DNA of 64,000 nt from Eledone cirrhosa (GCA_964016885.1 OZ024758.1:31744001-31808000), one strand, 5' to 3'. Shown: positions 25,506 to 36,963, numbered from the stretch's first letter. Numbers and translations: made by a program. Notes: generated by a model from the letters alone, not told the origin.

Positions 25506-28500
25506 ATGAATCTGCGAGCTACCAAGCACCCACGTGAAGCGCCAACCCAGAGACCCTCCCCTACGAGTGTCGACAAATGCCCAAAACTCCGAGTTGGTAC
25601 CATCAATGTAGGCTCAATGAAAGGAAGAGCAGGAGAAATCGTAGAAATGCTAGAGCGAAAGGAAGTTGATGTATGCTGTGTGCAAGAGACTAGATGGAGA
25701 GGAGGGTCTGCTAGAGTCCTTGTAGGAAAAAGCCAGTGCTACAAATTTTTCTGGGTGGGAAATGACGATGGGATGGGTGGTGTAGGTATACTATTAGCTG
25801 ACAAGTGGGTAGATAAAGTAATCTCAGTGTACAGGGTAAATGCAAGAATCATTAAACTCAGACTAGTCCTGAATAAGACAATTACCACAATAATATCAGC
25901 TTACGCACCCCAATCGGGGCTGCCAGACGAACTTAAGGATAGGTTTTACGAGTCCCTAATACACACTACTGCTCTAACAGACGACAAGGACTTCCTAATC
26001 ATTGCAGGAGATTTTAACGGACACGTAGGTAAACACTGCGACGGCTTCAATAGAGTACATGGAGGCCATGGAGTTGGCACAAGGAATGAGGAAGGATTCA
26101 GACTTCTAGAATTCTGCGACGCCAATGACATGTCGATATGTAACACAAACTTTAAAAAACCCGACAACCACCTGATCACCTATAGATCAGGGGAGCACTC
26201 TAGTCAGTTAGATTTTATTCTCATCAGAGGACGTGACAGATGGACGGTCGTAAACACAAAAGCCTTCCCTAGTGAGGAATGTACATCCCAACATAGCTTA
26301 GTTGTCAGCGACCTCACGGTCAGAACTAGACGAGCTCTGAAACAGAGGCCAACCTGGAGAAGAAAGATCTGGAAGCTGAAAGTCCCCTCAACCAGTAACA
26401 GATTTAAAGATATTTTACTCAACGCCTACGACAGTAAAGAAGAACAGATAGAGACATTTAACGTAGAAGAGAACTGGGAGTTCCTAAAAAATAACTTACT
26501 AGAGGCGACGGATGAGGTTTGTGGCTGGAGTAAGACCTCAAGCAGGAGGAGAGTGACTTGGTGGTGGAACAATAAGGTAGATGAAGCAGTCAAGGCCAAG
26601 AGACAGGCATGGAAAGAATGGAAGAACGGGGGGAGCAGGGTACATTACATAGAGACCAAGAGGGAAGCTAGGCGACAAGTATACTTAGCTAGGAGGGAAG
26701 CAGAGGATAGAAAATTCAAGCATGTTTTACAACGTGAGGACCAGAAACAGGAGGTATTCAAGATTGCGAGGCAGTGTGTCAGAGATAGTTGTGATGTCAT
26801 TGGAGAGAAGTGTATCCGGAATGATAAAGGTGAGCTTGCCCTCACAAGTGCTGAGAAGAAAGATGCATGGAAGAGTCATTATGATAGATTACTAAATGAG
26901 GAGAATGCATGGGAAGAAGAGACCCTACCCCACGTAGACCCTATAGAGGGACCAGCAGTACAAGTCAGCGGCAGCGTAGTAAGTAAGGCAATCAGAGATA
27001 TGAAGATAGGGAAGGCAACCGGTCCATCGGGTATAGCTGCCGAGATGCTGAAGGCATCTGGGTCTGTAGGTCACACTATAACCACACGTATCGTTAACCA
27101 GGTAATACTAGAGGGGGCCATACCAAAAGATTGGTGCAGTAGCATCATTGTCAACTGCTACAAAGGTAAAGGCGATGCACTAGATAGAGGAAACTATAGA
27201 GGTATAAAGTTGATGGACCAGGTCATGAAAGTAACAGAAAGAGTTATAGCACAGCTGATTAGGGACCGGGTGAATATAGACGAGATGCAATTTGGGTTTG
27301 TTCCAGGGAAAGGCACCACTGATGCGCTCTTCCTTGTGAGGCAATTACAGGAAAAGTACCTAGCTAAAAGTAAGCCACTCTACTTGGCATTTGTCGACCT
27401 TGAGAAAGCCTTTGACAGAGTTCCACGTGCAGTAATCTGGTGGGCTCTTAGAAAACTAGGAGTAGATGAATGGCTTGTGAAAGCGGTACAAGCCATGTAT
27501 AGGGGAGCAGTCAGCAAAGTTAGGATTGGCAATGAGTATAGCGAGGAATTTAGCGTACAGGTTGGGGTCCACCAGGGCTCTGTTCTTAGCCCTCTCCTGT
27601 TCATCATAGTCCTGCAGGCAATAACGGAGGAGTTTAAGACCGGATGCCCATGGGAACTCCTGTATGCTGATGACCTCGCACTCATAGCTGAATCTATGGT
27701 AGAACTAGAGAATAAATTCCAAACCTGGAAGCAGGGACTAGAGAGAAAGGGCCTCAAAGTCAACATGACAAAGACTAAGGTCCTTATAAGTAGACGAGAA
27801 AACAGAACCCAGATCCCCTCAGGGAAATGGCCTTGCTCAGTATGTAGGAAAGGTGTAGGTAGGAACTCCATTCTTTGCCCCAAATGCAAACAATGGGTAC
27901 ACAAGAGATGTAGCGGGATCTCAGGAAGCTTAATTAAGAATGTAGGATTCACATGCAGCAGCTGTGCTGAAACAGCAAGCAAACAGCCACAGGAAACAAG
28001 TACCACCAATCTCTGGGAGGGCCCTGTAGAAACAGTAGACAGCTTCTGCTACCTAGGTGACCGAATTAGCAACGGAGGTGGGTGCTCAGAAAGTACAATA
28101 ACTAGGGTAAGAACGGGATGGAAGAAGTTTAGGGAACTACTACCACTGCTAGCTGCAAAAGGCTTCTCCCTCAGAATGAAAGGCAGACTGTATGATGCGT
28201 GTATCCGAACAGCGATGTTGCATGGTAGTGAGACCTGGGCGCTGAAGGTGGAAGACTTACGTAGATTAGAGAGAAACGAAGCCTGCATGCTCCGATGGAT
28301 GTGTAACAGTAATATACGTGAACGACAAAGCATAAATGAATTGAGAGAGAGACTGAGCATAAGAGGAATCAAATGCTGCGTGCAGGAGAGGCGGTTACGC
28401 TGGTATGGACATGTGATGCGTATGAAGGATGACAGCTGCATAAAAAGGTGCAGAGCACTAGAAGTTGATGGAAACCGCGGAGTGGGGAGACCCAAGATGA

Positions 28501-28625
28501 CTTGGGATGAGGTGATAAGAGCCGACCTTACCCAACTACACCTCTCAAAGTCAATGACACACGACCGTGACTTCTGGCGTCACGCAGTAATACAGGGTAC
28601 CCGACCTCCCATGGGTACATGCTGA
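25506..28625 (+). CDS. RTE-clade LINE ORF (APE endonuclease + reverse transcriptase + PHD-like finger), 1039 aa, uninterrupted
   Basis: GTINV, VQETRW, AYAPQ, GDFNGH, QLDFIL (APE); NYRGI, DLEKAFD, QGSVLSP, YADD (RT); LRWYGHV. Confidence 0.97.
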   Translation: MNLRATKHPREAPTQRPSPTSVDKCPKLRVGTINVGSMKGRAGEIVEMLERKEVDVCCVQETRWRGGSARVLVGKSQCYKFFWVGNDDGMGGVGILLADKWVDKVISVYRVNARIIKLRLVLNKTITTIISAYAPQSGLPDELKDRFYESLIHTTALTDDKDFLIIAGDFNGHVGKHCDGFNRVHGGHGVGTRNEEGFRLLEFCDANDMSICNTNFKKPDNHLITYRSGEHSSQLDFILIRGRDRWTVVNTKAFPSEECTSQHSLVVSDLTVRTRRALKQRPTWRRKIWKLKVPSTSNRFKDILLNAYDSKEEQIETFNVEENWEFLKNNLLEATDEVCGWSKTSSRRRVTWWWNNKVDEAVKAKRQAWKEWKNGGSRVHYIETKREARRQVYLARREAEDRKFKHVLQREDQKQEVFKIARQCVRDSCDVIGEKCIRNDKGELALTSAEKKDAWKSHYDRLLNEENAWEEETLPHVDPIEGPAVQVSGSVVSKAIRDMKIGKATGPSGIAAEMLKASGSVGHTITTRIVNQVILEGAIPKDWCSSIIVNCYKGKGDALDRGNYRGIKLMDQVMKVTERVIAQLIRDRVNIDEMQFGFVPGKGTTDALFLVRQLQEKYLAKSKPLYLAFVDLEKAFDRVPRAVIWWALRKLGVDEWLVKAVQAMYRGAVSKVRIGNEYSEEFSVQVGVHQGSVLSPLLFIIVLQAITEEFKTGCPWELLYADDLALIAESMVELENKFQTWKQGLERKGLKVNMTKTKVLISRRENRTQIPSGKWPCSVCRKGVGRNSILCPKCKQWVHKRCSGISGSLIKNVGFTCSSCAETASKQPQETSTTNLWEGPVETVDSFCYLGDRISNGGGCSESTITRVRTGWKKFRELLPLLAAKGFSLRMKGRLYDACIRTAMLHGSETWALKVEDLRRLERNEACMLRWMCNSNIRERQSINELRERLSIRGIKCCVQERRLRWYGHVMRMKDDSCIKRCRALEVDGNRGVGRPKMTWDEVIRADLTQLHLSKSMTHDRDFWRHAVIQGTRPPMGTC

Positions 28626-28930
28626 AGCATATAAACAATATGCCCCCCCCCCCCCCCCCCCCCCCACCACCGCAAGGTGGTCGTGGAGGTGCCACGGCAA
28701 AAAAGCACCCAGCCCACACTGTAAAGTGGACGTGTAGGCGCCACGAAAAAGCACCCAGCACTCACTGTAAATGAGGTTGGTGTTAGGAAGGGCATCCAGC
28801 TGTAGAAATCAAGCCAGATCAGTTCCTGTATGAGCAAGGCATGGTCAGCCGACCAGACACTGCCCACAACAGGACAACCCGTCTAACCCATGCTAGCGTG
28901 GAAGAACGGACGTAAAACGGTGATGATGAT
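25506..28930 (+). mobile_element. Young RTE LINE inserted in a (TA)n microsatellite of the last UBA2 intron
   Basis: Intact ORF, 3' UTR of about 300 nt with a C23 tract, (GAT)n tail, (TA)n on both sides. Confidence 0.93.
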
Positions 28931-29043
28931 ATATATATATATATATATATATATTGACTGATTTATACATGTTTTCAGTACATGTATTGGTTCCTCTCTT
29001 TATATATTCCATAGAAAAATAAACTAACTCTATTCTTTTGTAG

Positions 29044-29240
29044 AATTGCCTGTTGCTGACTACAATGATGATTTAATAATCATGGAAGAAGAACAATCGG
29101 AAGCTATGGATCTGAGCCCAACAAAAAGAAAGAGGAAGATTTCTGGTCAAAGTTCAGACGCTACTTATTCTAAAAGTAAAAAATCAAAACGAGAGCCCGA
29201 TGTAGAATGCAGCAATGATTCTGAAATAATAATTTTGTAA
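29044..29240 (+). CDS. UBA2: UBA2 terminal coding exon
   Basis: LPVADYNDDLIIMEEE...PTKRKRKIS...SEIIIL*; NLS-like and SIM-like motifs as in the SAE2 C-terminus; AATAAA at 29292. Confidence 0.88.
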
Positions 29241-29783
29241 TCACCATTCCAGTAAATTTTGTAACATGTCATCAGTCATGGGAAGTTGTTCAATAAACAC
29301 CATCTTCACTGCCATGTTGTCTTCTTATTTTTTATACTCTTTGTATTCTTAAGCTGGAGCAGTGGGTTGGCAGAGTTGTTGCATGCCCTTGTGTGCTGCA
29401 AGCAGTGTGTTGAGCCGGTGGTTATCCTGGTTTCATGGTGTGAAGCGACTGAGAGTACAAGACTCCCCCCTGGACAGGACGCCAGTTCATCACAGGGTTA
29501 AACTTCCAGCTATTGCTGGTATTCATTTTCAGCTGAGTATACTGGAGCAACGTGAAATGAAGTGTTTTGCTCAAGAACACAACACACAACCCAGCCCAGG
29601 AATCAAACCCACAACATTACGATCCTAAGTCCAACACCCTTACCACTAGGCTTGTTACTGTGGAGACAGCAGTATTTGTTCAAGTATGTCTGAATTCAAA
29701 TCTCGCTTTGGTTAAGTTTACTTTTCACCCTTTCAAGGTCGATAAAAAATAAAAGTACCAGTCAAGAACTGGGGTCGATTTAA

Positions 29784-29976
29784 CCCTTTACCAGTTACAT
29801 TACTCTATATTTACTATTGTATTTTCATGGTAAAGGCTTTATCTCACATAATATTGAATCTATGAGATTTTCATATTATTTATTTTGAGAACAATACCCT
29901 AACATAAGTATAAGTAACCTGTTGCAGCTGGTTTGAACAGAAACAGGTCAGAGAATCCGGTTTAAATGCTAACGGG
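29784..29976. mobile_element. piggyBac-type MITE (same family as 9692-9883; another copy at about 30244-30390)
   Basis: TTAA|CCCTTTA...TAACGGG|TTAA; shared internal sequence TACATTACTCTATAT. Confidence 0.85.
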
Positions 29977-30586
29977 TTAATCAACTTCCTTGTACCTGAA
30001 CAAGAAGCCATTATGTTGATTATGATGTATAATTATTTAACCTCCTCTACACAGACATCATAAACACCATTATCTAGCACCCTTCGATGGGTACATGACC
30101 CTGCCACATATATAACATTGTCAAAACTATATTGCAAGGACTAGGATTTCTGTTTAGAGTCAGGACATCTACTTGCCTCAGATACTGACCTTCTGGAACG
30201 TTCATGTCAGACCCACAGTTCAGTGTTGTTGGCGTAAATACAACCCTTTAGTATTTACATTAATTTATATTTTCACAGTAAAGGCCTTACCTCACATAAT
30301 ATCGAATCTTATACTGATGTCAGTATGAGCAGCCGGTTTGAACAAAAAGAGGTGAGAGGATTCTGGCCGGATATGGCCTGTTTAAAGGGTTAAACCAGAT
30401 CCCAAGGAAAACTATTTGATTAACTGGTAAACATTTTCAAATATATGTCAACCACAAGCTCAGTGTGTGTGTCCTTCACTTTATCTATTCTAATACTACT
30501 TTGTCCCTCTGAAATATCAAATTACACCACCTCTCTGGAATTCTCACCCTGTTCATATTTTCTATACAAATATTCTAGCTGGACAT

Positions 30587-30917
30587 GGAGGCACATGGCT
30601 CAGTGGTTAGAGCATTAGCCTTGCAATCGAAAGGTTGTGAGTTCAATTCTCAGACCGGGTGATGTGTTGTTTCCTTGAGCAAGACACTTTATTTCACATT
30701 GCTCCAGTTTACTCAGCTGTAGAAATGAGATGATAGGGACTGGGGTCCCTATTATTCCACTGCAAAGTGGTCGTGGAGGTGCCACGGAAAAAAAGCACCC
30801 AGCACTCACTGTAAACGAGGTTGGTGTAAGGAAGGGCATCCAGCTGTAGAAATCAAGCCAGAATCAGTTCCCGTCCCACCCTTGCAAGCAGGGAAAAGTG
30901 GACGTAAAAATGAAAAT
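30587..30917 (+). mobile_element. Full-length family A SINE with the alternative RTE tail
   Basis: A/B boxes, shared body, ends CCGTCCCACCCTTGCAAGCAGGGAAAAGTGGACGTAAAA. Confidence 0.9.
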
Positions 30918-32289
30918 GACATGAATTGCACCAATCTCACCAGTTTCAAGTACTCGCAAAGATCATAAGTACTTGCTGTTCCTTTGACTCACATCATCAT
31001 AATCATTGTTTAACATCTTCCACGTTAGACGGGTTTGTTCCATTTAGAGGCTAGTTGGGTCGGGTGACTGTCTTGCTCATATAGGACTTTCTGGCTGGAT
31101 GCCCTTCCTAACGCCAACCACATTTACAGTGTGGGCTGGGTGCTTTTTGTTGTGACACCTACATGACCAATTTATGTCTGCTTTCCCTACTAGCAAGGGT
31201 TGGACAGCTCTACATAGACCAAGTCAGTTCTGAAGTGGGGCTACTGACCTCCCACAGTGAAACATATAGCAGTGTACACAATCAGCATCATCACTTTTAT
31301 TTTATGCCTATTTTCTATGTTTGCATGGGTTTTCACATTTTGAGGCCATACATGTTGAGTTTCTCTTATATGTTATATTTTGGTATGGTTTTTACAACTG
31401 GATGCTCTTACTACTGCCAACCATTTCATGGCATATACTGGGTATATCTTTCTTAATGTCTTGTTTCACACAATACTGGTTGCTTGGGCAGATCGTGGGC
31501 CTGCATCACGTTTACAAGAAGTTTCCACTCTGCTGAGTGCTTTCGGAAGGTTGTCATGTCTTTGACATAGCTGAAGAGTCCTCTCAACCCTTTGGCAGGT
31601 TTTCTATAACTGGATGCCCTCCCTATCACCAAGGTGTACTGGGTGTGTTTATCATGTAAATCACACTAGGGAGGTTGTCTTGTCTTTGATACAGCTGAAG
31701 AGTCCTTCCAACCATTTGTTGAGCAGATTTATTGTGACTGGATGTTCTTCCTGTCACCAACAACTTTACAGAGTGTACTCGGTGCGTTTGTCGTGAAAAT
31801 CAACACCAGGGAGATTGTTGTGTCCTTGACATAACTGGAGGGTTTTCTCGACTTTTGGCGTACTTTCTAACGACAGCTAGAGAGATTTGAGTGATTGACT
31901 CAACTGAAGGTCTCTCCTTACTCTATTAGGTGGGGTATGACGTGATGTTGAGCAGTGAACCTGGCTAGAGTGTGGCTGTTAGAATGGGATGACCTTCAGC
32001 CAGGTGGAATGTGCTGAGGTGGCGCATATCAATGTATAAGATGACATTTTAAGCTGTTATAATTACATTTAGGAACTTCAACTGTAAAAGGATGATGGTA
32101 TGGTCCTGTAACTCCTGGTGGAGTTGTAGGGGTGCTGTATTGACATACGGCGTTTCTTGGACATTTAAAGAGTGGCGGAGCCCATCCTTCTCCAGGCCCG
32201 AGTACAGCAGATTTCTTCCAGGGAAAGATAGAAAGTGAGAGAGAGAGGGGAGAATGAGAAAGAGATATAGAGGAAGAATCAACCCCAGT

Positions 32290-32437
32290 AGTAGACTGGT
32301 ACTTTTATTTATCAACCTCGAAAGGATGAAAGGCAAAGTTGACCTCGGCGAGATTTGAACTCAGAAGAGCTGGGAGCCGAAACGAATACCACTAAGCATT
32401 GTATCCGACGTTCTAACGACTCTGCCAATTCGCCGCC
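32290..32437 (-). mobile_element. tRNA-derived SINE (family B-related)
   Basis: Reverse complement has GGCGAATTGGCAGAGTCGTTAGA...GAGTTCAAATCTCGCC...CCTTTCATCC. Confidence 0.8.
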
Positions 32438-33316
32438 TGTAAGGGGATGATACTTAGCCACACAACCTATAGTGCGTTTAAACACATGAAGACGAGGCAA
32501 CTAAAAGAAGAGTCCAAGAGTGAGAGATCTTGTCTTATGGACAATATCTTTGTTGACAGAAAAAGACGGATCAACTGGACTAGTTTGACCCCCCGTGTTT
32601 AATCAGCGAGTATCAGACATGCCAGACTTTAAAAATCCAAACACGGAGTACCATGAGATTTTAGATAATGAAAGCTATACCCATTTTCACCAGAACGAGG
32701 AGTTCTCCCCGCTGGACGAGGAGAGTTGACAGGTCTGCAGTATCCTCTTTAACTTCGTTAAAAGCCTGCTAATAAACTCACCATTACTACAATCTGATTT
32801 TCTTTTATCTCTTTCTTACGACTGTATTAATATATCCTCTCTTCTGTTCTTTATAGACGATCTGCTGTAGTTTAGGAAAAGTGATGATGCAGATTGTCTC
32901 GGGTAGGGAGCATTAAAGTGTAGTTATAAATGAATGCTGTTGCTGTCTTTTTCAAATTTGAAATATAGTAATAATGGATGGAAAGAATACCTTTATAGAA
33001 TGTCGAAAGGATATTAGAAGAAAGGAAAACTTATCTGTCTGTAGTCGTTGTTGTTATCTCCCTCTCTGTCGTGAGAGAGCTGATCCAGTTTGAAAGGAAT
33101 TCAAACTATAAAAACATCTTATTTTCATTTCTGTCATAATATAATTGAAGAAAAAAGAAACCCTTTATCATCCTAATCGTAATGTATATCATGGAAAAGG
33201 TATTGGTGTAAAATGTCATTAAAATTATAGATTATTAACAATATTATATATGAGACATAATCAGATGGGGAGATGTGTATCTTACGAATATAATGTTATA
33301 AATATTAAATGAAATT

Positions 33317-33426
33317 AAAAAAAATAAGGAACGCTTCACGAATTTGCGTGTCATCCTTGCGCAGGGGCCATGCTGATCTTCTCTGTATCGTTCCAATTTT
33401 AGAATATGTACTGCCGTAGCTAGTAC
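33317..33426 (-). ncRNA. RNU6: U6 snRNA, inverted copy with U52C and A100U variants
   Basis: Reverse complement GTACTAGCTACGGCAGTAC...ACAGAGAAGATCAGC...TTCCTTATTTTTTTT; TATA at -30. Confidence 0.93.
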
Positions 33427-34808
33427 AATGGCTTCTGGTAAACAACACTTTATATACATACGCTAAACCCTTCGTATAACATTTCCAGGATAGCTAATTA
33501 GCATATAATAATAGTTTATTACGTCACAATAAATAAACTGATGATTGTGTCACGTACTTAATACGTATAAGGTATTTGTATTAACATATTTATTGTCTTT
33601 AGAAAAGAATACATTGTATAATGTAGTCTCGGGTACAATATGACAGAATTGGAAATTGGATGTTGTTATGACTTTCAACATGGGTCTGTTCTATCAAGGA
33701 AGAAAGGGAGATAACAACAATTACTACAAATTATCAATGTTTCCCTGCTCTGAAGTTGTTTAACCAAGTTATTCCTTGCCCCCTTCATTTAAACTATAGA
33801 TACATCATATTCCTTAAACTCTTATTGAATTTTCTGCAAAACTACACTTTAATGCCATCCCTCCAAATTTAATTTCCTCTTTATTTTCTATAGAATATAT
33901 TTTTTCATGGAATTTACAGATGCACCATTTCCAAAGTACAGATTACATTTGTGCATAACTGTAATTATATATATCATCTTTCTCTGTCTGTTGTAAATTT
34001 AAGATCTGGTAGCAATATGATATATAATTCAAGTGAATGGAGCAAATACTTTGAGAAAATGTCGAAACACTATCAGGTAATGGTGATGTCACAGATTTTA
34101 TATACAAACACAATATTTCTATATTTAAAAAACAGAAAACAAATTGATAAATACAATAAATAAATAGTTTTTAAAGGAATTCTATCGAACAAATCGTAAT
34201 CTATATGTTCGAAATTGTGTCTCTGAAAGATTTCAGGTAAAAAACATGTATTATTGAGAAAATGAGGACGAGACAAATTTGGTGAGGGAGGTAGCACTAA
34301 AATCTGGTGAATCATAAATGCCGTTTCTGATCTTCGTAAGTTTTAGGACTTTCAGCAATTTGAAATACACTTACGATAAATGGAGAGAATACCTTTATAG
34401 AATATTGAAACGATATTAGAAGAAATTAAATCTTATCTGTCTGTAGTCGTTGTTGTTATCTCCCTCTCTGTCGTGAGAGAGCTGATCCAGTTTGAAAGGA
34501 ATTCAAACTATAAAAACATCGTATCTTCACTTCTGTCATAATATAACTGAGACTACATTATACGATGTATTGTATTCTAAAGATATCAGATAGACATTAA
34601 ATGGAGATATGGTTGTTAATACCAACATAGAAACCAGACCATTACTGTTTTTACATTGCATCTTCTTATTAGGTATATGATGAAGTGACAATTCAGCACG
34701 TTATATACATACACACTCACATGTACAACATTTACAGGATTGATAATTAGCATATAATAAATGGTTATGACGACACAATATATTGAATTAAGATTATGTT
34801 ACGTATTT

Positions 34809-34883
34809 AATTGGAACGATACAGAGAAGATTAGCATGGCCCCTGCGTGTCAACGCAAATTCGTGAAGCGTTCCATATTTTTT
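34809..34883 (+). pseudogene. 5'-truncated U6 pseudogene at the inversion junction, ISL disrupted
   Basis: Starts at AATTGGAACG (nt 29); CAAGGATGAC replaced by TGTCA; no promoter in the sense orientation. Confidence 0.93.
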
Positions 34884-36604
34884 AATTTCATTTAATATTT
34901 ATAACATTATATTCGTAAGATACTATTAAATGAATACGTTTACATTTCATTGAATAACATGTAATCATTTTTACAGTTGAGGGTCACATCACCCCTCTGA
35001 TAATGTCTCATATATAATATTGTTAATAATCTATAATTTTAATGACATTTTACACCAATACCTTTTCCATGATATACATTACGATTGGGTTGATAAAGGT
35101 TTTCTTCTTTCTTCAGTTAATTCCCGTATTTTTAATACTTTCATTATTCTATATATTTATGAACGTTAACTCTCATTTCCTCCAACTACGTCTAGGAATT
35201 AAATACGTAACATAATCTTAATTCAATATATTGTGTCGTCATAACCATTTATTATATGCTAATTATCAATCCTGTAAATGTTGTACATGTGAGTGTGTAT
35301 GTATATAACGTGCTGAATTGTCACTTCATCATATACCTAATAAGAAGAAGCAATGTAAAAACAGTAATGGTCTGGTTTCTATGTTGGTATTAACAACCAT
35401 ATCTCCGTTTAATGTCTATCTGATATCTTTAGAATACAATACATCGTATAATGTAGTCTCAGATATATTATGACAGAAGTGAAGATAAGATGTTTTTATT
35501 GTTTGAACTCTTTTCAAACTGGATCAGCTCTCTCACGACAGAGAGGGAGATAACAACAACGACTACAGACAGATAAGATTTACTTTCTTCTAATATCGTT
35601 TCAATATTCTATAAAGGTATTCTCTCCATTTATTGTAAGTGTATTTCAAATTGCTTAAACTCCTAAAACTTACGAAGATCAGAAACGGTAATTCTAATTA
35701 AACAGATTTTAGTGCTACCTCCTTCACCAAATTTGTTTCGTCCTCATTTTCTCAATAATACATGTTTTTTTACCTGAAATCTTTCAGAGACACAGTTTCG
35801 AACATATAGATTACGATTTGTTCGATAGATTTCCTTTAAAATCTATTTATTTATTGTATTTATTAATTTGTTTTCTGTTTTTTAAATATAAAAATATTGT
35901 GTTTGTATATAAAATCTGTCACATCACCATTACCTGATAGTGTTTCGACATTTTATCAAAGTATTTGCTCCTTTCACTTGAATTATATATCATATTGCTA
36001 CCAGATCTTAAATTTACAACAGACAGAGAAAGATGATATATATAATTACAGTTATGCACAAATGTTATCTGTACTTTGGAAATGATGCATCTGTAAATTC
36101 CATGACAAAATATATTCATTATAGAGAAAATAAAGAGGAAGTTAAATTTGGAGGGATGGCATTAAAGTGTAGTTTTGCAGAAAATCCAATTCTAATCTGT
36201 ATAATTTGTAGGAGTTTATGAATATGATGTATTTATAGTTTAAATGAAGGGGCCAAAGAATAACTTGGTTAAACAACTTCAGAGCAGGAAACATTGATAA
36301 TTTGTAGTAATTGTTGTTATCTCCCTTTCTTCCTTGGTAGAACAGACCCATGTTGAAAGTCATAACAACATCCAATTTCCAATTCTGTCATATTGTACCC
36401 GAGACTACATTATACAATGTCTTCTTTTCTAAAGACAATAAATATGTAAATACAAATACCATATCGGTATTAATTATGTGACACAATGATCAGTTTATTT
36501 ATTGTGACGTAATAAACATTTATCATATGCTAATTAGCTATCCTGGAAATTTTGTACAAAGGTCTTAGAGTATGTATATAAAGTGTTGTTTACCAGAAGC
36601 AACT

Positions 36605-36628
36605 GTACTCGCTACGGCAGTACATATT

Positions 36629-36661
<33 letters not shown>

Positions 36662-36713
36662 GGCCCCTGCGCAAGGATGACACGCAAATTCGTGAAGCGT
36701 TCCATATTTTTTT
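36605..36713 (+). ncRNA. RNU6: U6 snRNA (C6 allele)
   Basis: ACAGAGA box, AGC triad, ISL, T7 terminator, TATA at 36575. Confidence 0.98.
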
Positions 36714-36963
36714 AATTTCATTTAATATTTATAACATTATATTCGTAAGATACACATCACCCCATCTGATTATGTCTCATATATAATATTGTTAATAATC
36801 TATAATTTGAATGACATTTTACACCAATACCTTTTCCATGATATACATTACGATTGGGTTGATAAAGGTTTTCTTTTTTCTTCAGTTAATTCCCGTATTT
36901 TTAATACTTTCATTATTCTATATATTTGTGAACGTTAACTCTCATTTCCTCCAACTACATCTA

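Noticed and set aside
25946-28495. Antisense ORFs over the RTE LINE
   Set aside because: Shadow ORFs of the long sense ORF, without independent motifs
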